Assembly: GCA_963676835.2 (NCBI GenBank)
Contig: CAXXFF010000004.1
Coordinates: forward strand, 384,001-448,000
Reading direction: 5' to 3'
From: Marispirochaeta sp.
GTDB taxonomy: Bacteria; Spirochaetota; Spirochaetia; JC444; Marispirochaetaceae
Length of the DNA stretch: 64,000 nt
Made by a program: the position numbers and the translations under genes. Positions 41,809-53,975 of this stretch are shown in pieces. The notes below the pieces were generated by a model, which saw only the letters and a list, made by a program, of their open reading frames with translations, did no database searches and was not told the origin of the DNA. Position 1 is the stretch's first letter, and each line of letters starts with the position of its first letter.

Positions 41809-41949
41809 GTTAGCCCCCTTTTATCTTTAAGGTACCCCCTAATTATTACCATTTCAATTATATTACTAATTAAATAATATTTGACTGAATATACAATGAC
41901 TTAACCAGCCAGGTTAAATATGAGATACTTCCCCTCACAGGAGAACATA

Positions 41950-42663
41950 ATGACAGGCCCTTTTCTCAACAGTGCAGCAATAATTACAGGCGGGATTCTC
42001 GGTGTTGTTCTAAAGAATGTTGTGCCCAAACGAATAGAGGAAGGGCTGCCATCGACCTTTTCCCTGGTTGCCATGTCTCTCGGAGTAACCATGATTATCC
42101 GGGTAAGCAATGTACCCGCAGTGGTTATCGCCCTGCTTATCGGAACTGTCATAGGGGAACTTCTCAAACTGGAAACAGGGGTACAGACCGCCGCAGGAAA
42201 ACTGCAGAAAAGCGTTGCCCGCATAATTCCCCACACCCACTCGCTGGACGATGAAACCTTCGCCAGGAACTTTACTTCCATGACCATACTCTTCAGCGTA
42301 AGCGCCCTGGGAATTATCGGAGGCCTGACAGAGGGATTGAGCGGGGACTATCAGCTGCTGATTATAAAGTCTCTGCTGGATTTTCCCACAGCTCTGATAT
42401 TTGCCATGAGCCTGGGAGCGGCTGTTGCATTTATTGCTGTTCCCCAGCTGATCATTCAGGGGGCTATGTTTTTTCTGGCTGAGGCAATAATGCCCTGGAT
42501 GGATGAGGCAGCCTACGGCGACTTTTCCGCACTGGGAGGCATCATAATGCTCGCCATAGGACTGCGTATTGCAGGAATAAAGAACTACTCGGTTACCAAC
42601 TTTCTGCCCGGCCTGCTGCTGGTAATTCCCGTATCATACCTCTGGAGGCACTATTTCGGCTGA
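41950..42663 (+). CDS. DUF554 membrane protein
   Basis: MTGPFLN..AII.GG, GLSGD...L..KS.LDF and NFLPGL motifs. Confidence 0.85.
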   Translation: MTGPFLNSAAIITGGILGVVLKNVVPKRIEEGLPSTFSLVAMSLGVTMIIRVSNVPAVVIALLIGTVIGELLKLETGVQTAAGKLQKSVARIIPHTHSLDDETFARNFTSMTILFSVSALGIIGGLTEGLSGDYQLLIIKSLLDFPTALIFAMSLGAAVAFIAVPQLIIQGAMFFLAEAIMPWMDEAAYGDFSALGGIIMLAIGLRIAGIKNYSVTNFLPGLLLVIPVSYLWRHYFG

Positions 42664-44151
42664 AGAATCACCGGTCGCTTCCCCCACGTCAGCGGCGGTA
42701 TTCAGCCCGGCAATACTCTCTTCCCTGTTTTTCTGCTTTAACCAGAGAATCTGTTTCTGGGTTCCCACCAGGTGAAGCTGGCCACCGTTTTCCTTCAGCA
42801 CCATATACAGGTTAAGCAGGTAGCGGATACTTTCGGGATCGATTGATTCAACCTTACTCATTCGAATGGTAATCTCTTTCTGTCCGGAATAGAGGAGCTG
42901 GCGGATCATAGGGGAGAGATACTCAACATTTCCCAGGGATAACGATCCGGAGAGGATAAAAACCCCCGGGGACTCTCCGTCAATCTCAATGGACAGAGGA
43001 TTCTTCAGGGCTTTTTTGTCTTCAACCTTCTGACTTTGGGAGGTGACATGAGAAAGCATCTCGTTGGTATTCCGCAGCCGCTTTACCAGCCCCTCCAGAA
43101 TATTCATAAACCAGTCGGGCACGGTATATACATTGGCAAAAAACTCACGGGGGGTAATTTCCAGAACAGTACTGGTTTTTGCAGCCTTCACTGTGGCAGA
43201 GCGCTTGCCTTCCCGCAGTAGAGACATTTCGCCTACAACATCACCGGAACGGGATTTTCCAAGAAAAACCGGGTTCTGCCCTTTTACCTCCTCGAGAATC
43301 TCAAACTCACCGGACTTGATAACAAACATGGATCGTTCATAATCACCCTGGCGAATCAGAATCTCTCCCTGTTCAACCCGACGGAGGGGCAGGTTTGAGC
43401 TTTCAATTAGGCTGCGAATCTCTTTTATTCCGGCAACCTTATTGCGGATAAGCTGCATATTCCGCAGCTTTATTTTACCTTCCTGTGCAGGCCTGCTTTT
43501 AGCCAGCTGAAGCAGATAGCCCAGACTCTCCATATCGGCATCAATTACGCCGGAAAAATCGATAACAATACCTTCGGGGCACTTCAACAACGCCTTTCGC
43601 ACCCGGACTTTGACCGAATCTATCTGAGTCTGGTCAAAAACACCCTTCAGATGCAGTTCGCCATTACACTCCTGCTGTTCAAGGGGTGCAGAATTTTCAG
43701 AGCTTTCATCCCGAGAGCTCTCTTCAGCTGCTATTGGATGAGGACCGGAGGCCATGTAGTCTCCAAGCAGTTCTGTTGTACGTTTTATCCGTTCAACCAG
43801 AACCCGGGCAATACTCAGGGCCCAGCCGGAAATACTCAGAGCGTCATCTTTGAGAATATCTTCACTGATTCTATTGGCAATTACAGGTTCAAGGGCGGTG
43901 ACTGTTGCGGTACGGGGAATCCCTGCAATAAAGGACATTTCCCCCACATGACAGCCTTTTCCAAGCTCGGTAATGGGTACGGTGGCTCCTTCCTTGGAGA
44001 TTGCTACCCGTACCCGCCCCTTGCGGATAATATACATTTCCCGGCTTTCGGATCCTTCCTTAAAAAGGAGATCCCCCGCATCGAAACGCAAAAGCTTTGT
44101 CTGTGGATAAAGATCATCGGCCCGTTCGGGCGATTCTTCTGTCTTGCCCAT
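42634..44151 (-). CDS. Tandem (cNMP-binding + STAS-like) x2 protein
   Basis: GEMSFIAGIPRTATV and GEMSLLREGKRSATV cNMP cassettes, each followed by a STAS-like LxGxx...I.IDxSxV..xD pattern. Confidence 0.8.
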   Translation of the reverse strand: MGKTEESPERADDLYPQTKLLRFDAGDLLFKEGSESREMYIIRKGRVRVAISKEGATVPITELGKGCHVGEMSFIAGIPRTATVTALEPVIANRISEDILKDDALSISGWALSIARVLVERIKRTTELLGDYMASGPHPIAAEESSRDESSENSAPLEQQECNGELHLKGVFDQTQIDSVKVRVRKALLKCPEGIVIDFSGVIDADMESLGYLLQLAKSRPAQEGKIKLRNMQLIRNKVAGIKEIRSLIESSNLPLRRVEQGEILIRQGDYERSMFVIKSGEFEILEEVKGQNPVFLGKSRSGDVVGEMSLLREGKRSATVKAAKTSTVLEITPREFFANVYTVPDWFMNILEGLVKRLRNTNEMLSHVTSQSQKVEDKKALKNPLSIEIDGESPGVFILSGSLSLGNVEYLSPMIRQLLYSGQKEITIRMSKVESIDPESIRYLLNLYMVLKENGGQLHLVGTQKQILWLKQKNREESIAGLNTAADVGEATGDSSAEIVPPEV

Positions 44152-44158
44152 ACTTTAC

Positions 44159-44187
44159 AATATAAGTCATGGACGCAGCACAAGCAA
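44159..44187 (-). promoter_or_regulatory. Probable leaderless sigma70 promoter for the cNMP-STAS gene
   Basis: TTGCTT-N17-TATATT-N7-ATG; no SD. Confidence 0.55.
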
Positions 44188-44210
44188 ATAAGCGGGAATA
44201 TGCCTGAAAT

Positions 44211-44477
44211 CTAACTGGCCGCCTCAGCAGGATCAAGGGTAATGGTACAGCGGTTTCCCCGGAATGAGAGTATACCGCTGGCGGCAGACACAGAGTGTTC
44301 CTGACCAACCCCGTCCCGGTAGCGGACCAGGGAGTTCTCCTTGAGAACCGCCAGAACCGGCTCGTGCCGGGCTTCGAATCCCATGGACCCGTCGGGGGTT
44401 ATTATCCCGCAGAATCCAGCCTCTCCGTCATAAAAAACGTGGGTCACCGAAGTGATGGTCAGATCAAAGGTCTTCAT
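44211..44477 (-). CDS. atpC: ATP synthase epsilon, beta-sandwich domain only
   Basis: 88 aa, G.MGFEARHEP motif, directly follows atpD; no C-terminal helices. Confidence 0.85.
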   Translation of the reverse strand: MKTFDLTITSVTHVFYDGEAGFCGIITPDGSMGFEARHEPVLAVLKENSLVRYRDGVGQEHSVSAASGILSFRGNRCTITLDPAEAAS

Positions 44478-44479
44478 AC

Positions 44480-46767
<2,288 letters not shown>

Positions 46768-46780
46768 GCCTTATCCGTTC

Positions 46781-48970
46781 CTATTTCTCCGAAAGCTCTT
46801 TTATTCTGGGAATAAGATCCTTCAGCTCTTCCGGAGTCTCAGCTTTGAGCCAGGAATCTTCAAAGGAGGGATGGTTTACTATCAGTGCCAGGGTGGAGAT
46901 TACCACCAGGTGAAAGTGGCGCTGATCCATGGATCCCGCCAGGAAGAACATGGCATGAACCTCGGGAGCCGTATCGGTAAATTTAATTCCCCGTTTTGAG
47001 CGGACAATAAGCAGCTGAAACTTGCGCTTGCCCTCGATAACAATATGGGGCAGAGCAAAGAATGGGCTCAGGGCAGTCGAACTGGAAGCCTCCCGGGCAA
47101 GGAGTTTGTCGTAAATCTCCTTGGCGTTGATATCCGCGTGTTCCTTTGCCATTTTTTTGGACGCAACCTTGAAGAGGGTTTCCATCTTTGAGGATTTTTC
47201 ATAATCAATAACTTCACAGTTGGCCACGAGCTCTTCGAAGCGGTCCTTCTCAAGCACATCGTCCCCGGCAATAATCTGCTCCAGCTCCTTCTCCAGAGAA
47301 GGAGATGCAAGCTCCCGGGAAGTGACCCGTTCAACCAGCTTGAGCATATCCCGGTTTATCCGTGAAGAACGCTGACTCATGGCCATGGCAAGCTTTACTG
47401 TGTAGCCCGAGTCTATGCCGCCGCTCACTGAATCCGGCCGGAAATGCTTTTCAAACTCGTCAAAGAGAGCATCAATCTCCTTACCAAGAGCATCATCAAT
47501 GGCTCCGGTCTCCCGAAGCTTTGCCAGAACCGGGGCACCTTCATTATCAAGATAGTCAAAAAGCTCCGACTGGTAGCTTAAAAGCTTACCCGTAGGATAC
47601 TTGTCCAGACGGCCTGATGTACCGGCCTTAAGAATAAAAACCTGTTTAAAAACATCCACCGGCTGATACTGGGGCTGCTTGAGAATCTCCGTAAGCCGTT
47701 CTCCCCGGTCGAGCTGCTTCTTGGTGGCGCTGTCCAGGTCTGATGAAAACTGCATAAAGGCTGCAAGCTCCCGGAACTGGGCAAGGTCAATACGAAGAGA
47801 ACTTGCGGTCTGCTTCATTGCCTTTATCTGGGCATCACCGCCGACACGGGAAACAGATATTCCCACATTAATAGCCGGACGCAGACCGGAGTTGAACAGG
47901 TCAGCCTCAAGGAATATCTGACCGTCGGTTATGGAGATTATATTTGTGGGAATATAGGCGGAAACGTCACCTTCCTGAGTCTCGACAATAGGCAGGGAGG
48001 TGAGGGATCCTCCTCCCTGCTCATCACTCATCTTGGCGGCACGCTCAAGGAGCCTGGAATGGAGGTAGAAAACATCTCCCGGATAGGCTTCCCGTCCCGG
48101 AGAACGGCGCATCAGCAGGGAGAGCTCCCGGTAGGCCTGGGAGTGCTTGGTCAGGTCATCATAGATAACCAGGGCATGCTGTCCGTTATCCCGAAAGTAC
48201 TCCGCCATGGCCGTAGCGGCGTAGGGAGCAAGATACTGAAGTGCAGCAGGGTCGGAAGCGGTGGCGGCAACCACAGTGGTATACTCCATAACACCATGAC
48301 GCTTAAGGGTTTCGATAAGCTGAACCACCGAGGAGCGCTTCTGTCCGATGGCTACATAGAAACAGTAAACCGGTTCATTACGGCTGTCCTGCTTCTGATT
48401 AATTATCGTATCCACGGCAATGGTGGTTTTTCCGGTACGGCGGTCGCCGATGATCAGCTCCCGCTGTCCACGGCCGATGGGAATCATGGCATCAATAGCC
48501 TTGATTCCTGTCTGCAGGGGTGTGGCCACATTCTGCCGGTCGATAATGCCGGGGCCCTTCCGCTCCACCCGGTAATAGGCTTCCGCTTCAATGGGTCCCT
48601 GCCCGTCGATGGGATTTCCCAGGGGATCAACAACCCGTCCGAGAAGAGCTTTACCCGCAGGAACCTCCGCAACACGGCTGGTCCGGCGGACAGTACAGCC
48701 TTCCCGGACCTTCTCGTATTCCGAAAAGAGGACAATACCCACAGTATCCTCTTCGAGATTCATGACCATGCCGCTGACTGGATCACCGGCATCGACATCA
48801 ACCTCTACAAGTTCCCCGGACATAATATTGTCCAGACCCCAGACCTGAGCTATACCGTCACCAGCCTGAACAACCCGGCCGACTTCAACTTCCCCGGAAG
48901 ACGGCTTGAAATCGGAGATTCTGTTTTTAAGCAGTTCAAGAATCTCCCCCGGTTTTATCTCTTCTCTCAT
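46781..48970 (-). CDS. atpA: ATP synthase F1 alpha fused to a C-terminal PTS EIIA(Fru/Ntr)-type domain
   Basis: Alpha core ([29 protein letters not shown]) of about 510 aa, plus about 215 extra in-frame residues containing RE.SSSTA....FALPH. Confidence 0.95.
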   Translation of the reverse strand: MREEIKPGEILELLKNRISDFKPSSGEVEVGRVVQAGDGIAQVWGLDNIMSGELVEVDVDAGDPVSGMVMNLEEDTVGIVLFSEYEKVREGCTVRRTSRVAEVPAGKALLGRVVDPLGNPIDGQGPIEAEAYYRVERKGPGIIDRQNVATPLQTGIKAIDAMIPIGRGQRELIIGDRRTGKTTIAVDTIINQKQDSRNEPVYCFYVAIGQKRSSVVQLIETLKRHGVMEYTTVVAATASDPAALQYLAPYAATAMAEYFRDNGQHALVIYDDLTKHSQAYRELSLLMRRSPGREAYPGDVFYLHSRLLERAAKMSDEQGGGSLTSLPIVETQEGDVSAYIPTNIISITDGQIFLEADLFNSGLRPAINVGISVSRVGGDAQIKAMKQTASSLRIDLAQFRELAAFMQFSSDLDSATKKQLDRGERLTEILKQPQYQPVDVFKQVFILKAGTSGRLDKYPTGKLLSYQSELFDYLDNEGAPVLAKLRETGAIDDALGKEIDALFDEFEKHFRPDSVSGGIDSGYTVKLAMAMSQRSSRINRDMLKLVERVTSRELASPSLEKELEQIIAGDDVLEKDRFEELVANCEVIDYEKSSKMETLFKVASKKMAKEHADINAKEIYDKLLAREASSSTALSPFFALPHIVIEGKRKFQLLIVRSKRGIKFTDTAPEVHAMFFLAGSMDQRHFHLVVISTLALIVNHPSFEDSWLKAETPEELKDLIPRIKELSEK

Positions 48971-49512
48971 ACCCTATCCTGTTTTAACCACCGCCGCATT
49001 TCCTGCAGTCTGTGGGCAGTGGACATATCTATCAGTTTTGAATTCATGAGGATTCTTACCCCTCCGAGGATTTCCGGTCTGTGGCGGTATTCAACCCGGA
49101 CACTTCTGCCGGCAAGAGTCTCGAAAAGTGGATCCAGCCGTTCTGCAAGGTCATTCCCCGGATCAAAGGCTGTATCAACCAGCACAGGAGTAATACCCTC
49201 CTCCCGGTCTGCTACCTGCTGGAAAGCATCAGGCAGAAGCGGCAGAATCGCAATCCGGCCGTTTCTTACAGCAGCCTCAAGCAGCCTCTCTGCAAGTTCA
49301 CTCACGTAGGGCGCAAAGGCTATGCGGCAGAATTCAATCCCCTCATTGCGTCCGTTATCTCCCCGGAGACAGTACTCCCGAACTCCCTCCACCTGGGAGA
49401 AAATCCCGGCCAGTGCAGAGATATCTGCTGCTGCTTCCTTGAGACTGGAGCTTTCCCGTGCAGTTTCATACAAAGCACGGGCATATCTGACAGCCAGACC
49501 GCTTTCTGTCAT
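48967..49512 (-). CDS. atpH: ATP synthase delta
   Basis: [13 protein letters not shown]...IDMS; located between atpF and atpA. Confidence 0.92.
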   Translation of the reverse strand: MTESGLAVRYARALYETARESSSLKEAAADISALAGIFSQVEGVREYCLRGDNGRNEGIEFCRIAFAPYVSELAERLLEAAVRNGRIAILPLLPDAFQQVADREEGITPVLVDTAFDPGNDLAERLDPLFETLAGRSVRVEYRHRPEILGGVRILMNSKLIDMSTAHRLQEMRRWLKQDRV

Positions 49513-49991
49513 AAGCTTTTAATAAGCTCCTCTACCCGGTTCCTGTCCGCATCTGCACTGTAGGTCTGATCCACCAGTTTTTCAGATACAGATAGTACCA
49601 GGTCGGCAATTTCCGACCTCAGAGACTCTATAGCGGCCGCCCGCTCTGTGGAAATAGATGCTGCAGCCTGAGAGTGGAGTTCACTGATCTCCGCTTCCGC
49701 TTTCTCAAGCATCCGGGTTTTTATCCCTTCCGCGTCCTTGCGGGTCTGACGGAGAATCTCATCCGCTTCATCCCGGGCACGCTGGATAACCTTTCCGTGC
49801 TCTGCTTCAATCTCTGCAAGACGCTGCTCAATCTGTTCGGCCTTGTTTACGGACTCCCGGATTTTTCTTTCCCGGCTGTTTATGGCACCGAAAAGACCGG
49901 GAAACACAAACTTCCATAAAAGAACAAACAGCAGTCCGAATGTTATCCAGGTCCATAAAAAAAGGCCCGGATCCAGTTTAAACAAGTCCAC
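49509..49991 (-). CDS. atpF: ATP synthase Fo b subunit
   Basis: DPGLFLWTWITF TM followed by a coiled coil; GTG start with GAGG SD. Confidence 0.93.
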   Translation of the reverse strand: MDLFKLDPGLFLWTWITFGLLFVLLWKFVFPGLFGAINSRERKIRESVNKAEQIEQRLAEIEAEHGKVIQRARDEADEILRQTRKDAEGIKTRMLEKAEAEISELHSQAAASISTERAAAIESLRSEIADLVLSVSEKLVDQTYSADADRNRVEELIKSL

Positions 49992-50066
49992 ACTTCACCT
50001 CTCTATCCTACTACCCTACTACCTCTCCACCTCTGGCTATTATTCTTTCTCAACTATAGAAACAGA

Positions 50067-50297
50067 TCAGTTAGAGAAGATAACCAGAAGGGCGATGATG
50101 GCACTGAAGAAAGCGAGGCCTTCAATAAGGGCTGCCATCAGAATCATGTTACTGCGGATATCCTTCTTCTCTTCCGGCTGCCGGGCGATGGCTTCCATAG
50201 CCTTTGCACCAATCATACCAATACCTATCGCTCCTCCAATGGCGCCGAGTGCGGCGCCGATAACAGCAAGCGCTTTGGCAAGTGCAACAAAATCCAT
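50067..50297 (-). CDS. atpE: ATP synthase Fo c subunit (probably H+-type)
   Basis: GxGxG helix, ARQPE loop and ALIEG carboxylate; lacks the Na+ ligands Q...E-S/T. Confidence 0.96.
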   Translation of the reverse strand: MDFVALAKALAVIGAALGAIGGAIGIGMIGAKAMEAIARQPEEKKDIRSNMILMAALIEGLAFFSAIIALLVIFSN

Positions 50298-50328
50298 ATA
50301 ATTCCTCCGTTCTATTTCTTTTTATAGA

Positions 50329-51171
50329 TCACCCGTGGGCACTGCTGGCCTGGGTAATAAAAATACAGCTGAGTAAGGTAAACACCAGGGCCTGGATAAG
50401 TGCAACCAGCACCTCCAGGGCATAGGTAAAAAGTGCAAAAGGTATTGAAACTGCGGTCATTATTGGACTGAGAACAAAAATAAGTACAATAAAGGAGAGT
50501 ATTGCCAGATGTCCGGCGAACATGTTGGCAAAAATCCGCAGGCTTAAAACCATTATCTTGATAAAAAATCCCAGCATCTCCAGAATGGCAACAAAAACCG
50601 CAACAGGAAAGGCTGTGTCTTCGGGAAAGAAATTCTTGAAAAAGTGAACCACCCCGATCCGCAGGAAGCCTATAAGCACCATGAGGACAAAGACCATTAT
50701 CGCCAGGGCGCTGGTAACGTTAATATTGCCGGTGGCAGATTTAAATGCCGGAATCAGTCCGATCAGGTTCATTACCAGAATAAAGAGAAACATGGTGGTA
50801 AAGAAGGGCATCCAGCGCTCCCCCCGCTCCTCTCCCATCACGGGGTAGACAATATCATCCCGGACAAACAAGACAATCATCTCCAGTCCCACAGCGGCAA
50901 ATCCGGGCTTAAGCCGGGGTTTACGGAAAATAACGGCAAAGGTCAGAAATATAAGCAGGCCGGACAGTATCAGCATAAGCCGGTGAACGGTAAGAAATGC
51001 AGGAAGCTCTATATGAGGAAGAAAGGGGAAGATTTCCAGAACCTGTCCGTCCTGAATATGAGAAAAGAGGGCATCTGCGGGACTTTCATTTGCAGCCTCA
51101 CCGGATTCTGCAAAGAGAGGAACCAGGAAAAAGAGAAGCACTATGAGTGGCAGCAGTTTTCTATTTCTCAT
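50329..51171 (-). CDS. atpB: ATP synthase Fo a subunit
   Basis: NLIGLIP, LSLRIFANMFAGH, LEVLVALIQALVFTLL; N-terminal signal-like extension. Confidence 0.96.
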   Translation of the reverse strand: MRNRKLLPLIVLLFFLVPLFAESGEAANESPADALFSHIQDGQVLEIFPFLPHIELPAFLTVHRLMLILSGLLIFLTFAVIFRKPRLKPGFAAVGLEMIVLFVRDDIVYPVMGEERGERWMPFFTTMFLFILVMNLIGLIPAFKSATGNINVTSALAIMVFVLMVLIGFLRIGVVHFFKNFFPEDTAFPVAVFVAILEMLGFFIKIMVLSLRIFANMFAGHLAILSFIVLIFVLSPIMTAVSIPFALFTYALEVLVALIQALVFTLLSCIFITQASSAHG

Positions 51172-51390
51172 TATATCCGCCGTATCCCTGAAAGATACGC
51201 ATAAAAACTATCATAGAACATTTTCTGTGTACACTGCAAACAGTACATTATTGGCTAATTATGGGTTCTATTGTCCAGCTTGTAGTGTAATTGGGGACTT
51301 ATGTCCTAAAAATAGTCGATTTTACCCGACATAAAAGAAGGTGATTCCACTTGTTCTCCATCGGTGATACTGCTACTATTTCATACCGGC

Positions 51391-52689
51391 ATGAGTAGCA
51401 AAATCGAAACATACGATTACGTCATAGTCGGATCAGGCCCCGCAGGACTGGGAGCCGCCTTCCACATTGTCGAGAATCACCCCGGCAGCAGCCTCCTTAT
51501 TATGGATCAGGAAAATTTCTCCACCGGCGGGCTGCGTAACGACTGTAAAATGAACTTCACCTTCCCCATCGGTTTTCCCGAAGACAACTGGACAAGAGAA
51601 CAGGGTGAACATTACCTCGCAAAGGTGAGAGACAAACTCGCCCCCAGTATCCTCAACCGTACAAATCTTGGTGTTTACGCCCGAAGATCCGAACGGCTGG
51701 GTGTAAACCTGCTGGAAATAGAACAGACCCACCTTGGGACCGACGGCGGACTGGAATTGATCAAAGAGCTGACCGCGGAACTCACGGAAAAGGGGGTTCA
51801 CTTTTCCCTGGGAGAAGAGATGATCGGGGTCAACGAAGATACCCGCCTCATCAGTACCACCCGGAGGGAGATCAACTACGGATCTCTCCTCATCGCCCCC
51901 GGCAGGCGGGGGTTCAAGTTCCTGCAGAAGGTTATGGACGCTCTGGATATAGCCTATGTAGACCACATTGTGGATATCGGGATTCGAGTAGAAACCAGGC
52001 AGGAGCGATACCCCATTGTCTCCGACTATTATGACCCGAAGTTCCATTTTCCCGACAAGGTGCGCACCTTCTGCACCAATTCGGGGAACGCCCACGTGGT
52101 ACAGGAAAAATACCAGACTGTGGACGGATCCATCTATTACAGCGTAAACGGCCACGCTTATTCCAAACAAAAGGGAAAAGATAACGGCCTGGTCAATTTC
52201 GCCATGCTGAAAACCATCCGGCTCACCCAGCCTGTCGCATCAGGACAGGCTTTTGCCGAAGGCCTGGGTCTGCAGGCCATGCTCATGGGCGGCGGCCACC
52301 CCCTTATGCAGAGGGTGGGAGATTTCCGACTGGGAAAACGGTCCAAGCGGGACTCCTTTTCCGGTGATCTTTACGACTTTGAACCAACCCTGAAAGGATG
52401 CTCCCCGGGGGATATCAGCCTGGCCATGCCGGCAAAGGTTCTCAGGGGCATATGGAAATCCATGAAGCTCCTGGACACCATTGTTCCCGGACTGCTTCAT
52501 CCGAGCACCATAATGTACTATCCGGAAATCAAACTCTACGCCAATAAACCCACCTTCATCGATGGAAACTTCCGGGTAAAAGAGACCATATTCTTCGCCG
52601 GCGACGGAGCCGGAACCAGCAGAGGTATCACCGCCGCCTGGGCGGCGGGAATAAGGGCTGCAGAAGGAATGGTGAAACACACCAAATGA
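51391..52689 (+). CDS. FAD/NAD(P)-dependent oxidoreductase
   Basis: VGSGPAG, HLGTDG, DIGIRVE, VRTFCTN, VNGH, YYPEIK and AGDGAGTSRG motifs. Confidence 0.85.
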   Translation: MSSKIETYDYVIVGSGPAGLGAAFHIVENHPGSSLLIMDQENFSTGGLRNDCKMNFTFPIGFPEDNWTREQGEHYLAKVRDKLAPSILNRTNLGVYARRSERLGVNLLEIEQTHLGTDGGLELIKELTAELTEKGVHFSLGEEMIGVNEDTRLISTTRREINYGSLLIAPGRRGFKFLQKVMDALDIAYVDHIVDIGIRVETRQERYPIVSDYYDPKFHFPDKVRTFCTNSGNAHVVQEKYQTVDGSIYYSVNGHAYSKQKGKDNGLVNFAMLKTIRLTQPVASGQAFAEGLGLQAMLMGGGHPLMQRVGDFRLGKRSKRDSFSGDLYDFEPTLKGCSPGDISLAMPAKVLRGIWKSMKLLDTIVPGLLHPSTIMYYPEIKLYANKPTFIDGNFRVKETIFFAGDGAGTSRGITAAWAAGIRAAEGMVKHTK

Positions 52690-53909
52690 CAGAAAAGCTC
52701 TACTACCGGGATCCCTACCAGCGGGAGTTTTCCAGCCGCCTTATTCGTCAGGAGGAGATCTCCACGAAACAGGGGCCCCGCTGGAAGGCCGTGCTGGCAT
52801 CCACCTGCTTCTATCCCGCCGGCGGCGGTCAGCCTTCGGACAAGGGCACTCTTAACGATAATGAAGTGGTGGATGTACAGAAAGAGGGTGATGAGGTGGT
52901 ACACATACTGGAAACCCCGCTTGATCCCGATACAATTGAGGTTTTCGGACGTATAGAACCCATGCACCGCAGGCACTTTATGCAGCAGCATACAGGGCAG
53001 CATATTATTTCCGCAGTGCTTCAGAAATTCGGAAGGCCGACAAAGTCTGTTCATCTTGGAGAGGCGGAAACCAGCGTGGAATCCGAAGGTGAGGCCCCCA
53101 CCCCTTTCGAGCTGATCCAGATTGAAGATGAGGTAAACCGCATTATCTGCAGCAACCTGCGGGTAGACGGTTTCTTTGTAGATGATTCAGAGCTGCACAA
53201 GCATAACCTGCGCCGTTCACTGAAAGCCGAAGGGAACATACGGCTGGTGGAAATTGAGGGAGTGGATAAAATCGGCTGCGGCGGTGTACATCTGCAGCGA
53301 ACCGGAGAAGTCCGGCTGATTAAACATACGGGAACAGAATCTGTCAGGGGAAACTGCCGTCTCTCCTTTGTAATAGGAGACGCTGCAGTTGCAGACTACC
53401 GGGAAAAAAGCCGGATTAGTGCAAGGCTCACTGAAATGCTTTCGGCGCCCCGGGGGAAACTCCTGGAACGCCTGGGGGAATACCGGGAAAAAACGGCTGA
53501 ACGGGAGGGAATGCTAACTTCCCTCAAAAAAACAGTTAACAGCCTGACTGCAGAATCCCTGCTTCGGCAGGGGGAAGAGCTTCCCGGCGGAAGTCTCATT
53601 GCCGCAGTACTGCCTCCGGACCGGGCAGACCAGCTGCGGGAAATTGCTGAACTTCTACCCCGGGAAAAAATAGAACTTTACGGGCTTCTCTGCGCTGAAA
53701 TTGAAGGAACCCTGCGCTGGGTTATCTGCGCACCGGAAAAGGATGCTGACTTTTTCAAAGAGGAGAAGGACCGGCTTCTCTCCCTGATCAAGGGCAAAGG
53801 CGGCGGCAGACCTCCCTTCTGGCAGGGCAGCGGGACCCACCCGGAAGGGACGAAAGAGTTGATACAAAGCTTTAAAGAAAGAGTTAAAGCACGCCTCCGT
53901 CCCATATAA
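52686..53909 (+). CDS. AlaX-type alanyl-tRNA editing protein with DHHA1 domain
   Basis: FYPAGGGQPSD, QQHTGQH, CGGVH and GKGGG motifs. Confidence 0.9.
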   Translation: MTEKLYYRDPYQREFSSRLIRQEEISTKQGPRWKAVLASTCFYPAGGGQPSDKGTLNDNEVVDVQKEGDEVVHILETPLDPDTIEVFGRIEPMHRRHFMQQHTGQHIISAVLQKFGRPTKSVHLGEAETSVESEGEAPTPFELIQIEDEVNRIICSNLRVDGFFVDDSELHKHNLRRSLKAEGNIRLVEIEGVDKIGCGGVHLQRTGEVRLIKHTGTESVRGNCRLSFVIGDAAVADYREKSRISARLTEMLSAPRGKLLERLGEYREKTAEREGMLTSLKKTVNSLTAESLLRQGEELPGGSLIAAVLPPDRADQLREIAELLPREKIELYGLLCAEIEGTLRWVICAPEKDADFFKEEKDRLLSLIKGKGGGRPPFWQGSGTHPEGTKELIQSFKERVKARLRPI

Positions 53910-53935
53910 GGAACACTGTACATTATACGGGACAA

Positions 53936-53964
53936 TTGACCGGAACCATTTTTCACTGTAGAAT
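53936..53964 (+). promoter_or_regulatory. sigma70 promoter for the IclR-eda genes
   Basis: TTGACC-N17-TAGAAT. Confidence 0.6.
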
Positions 53965-53975
53965 AGCTATCCGTA

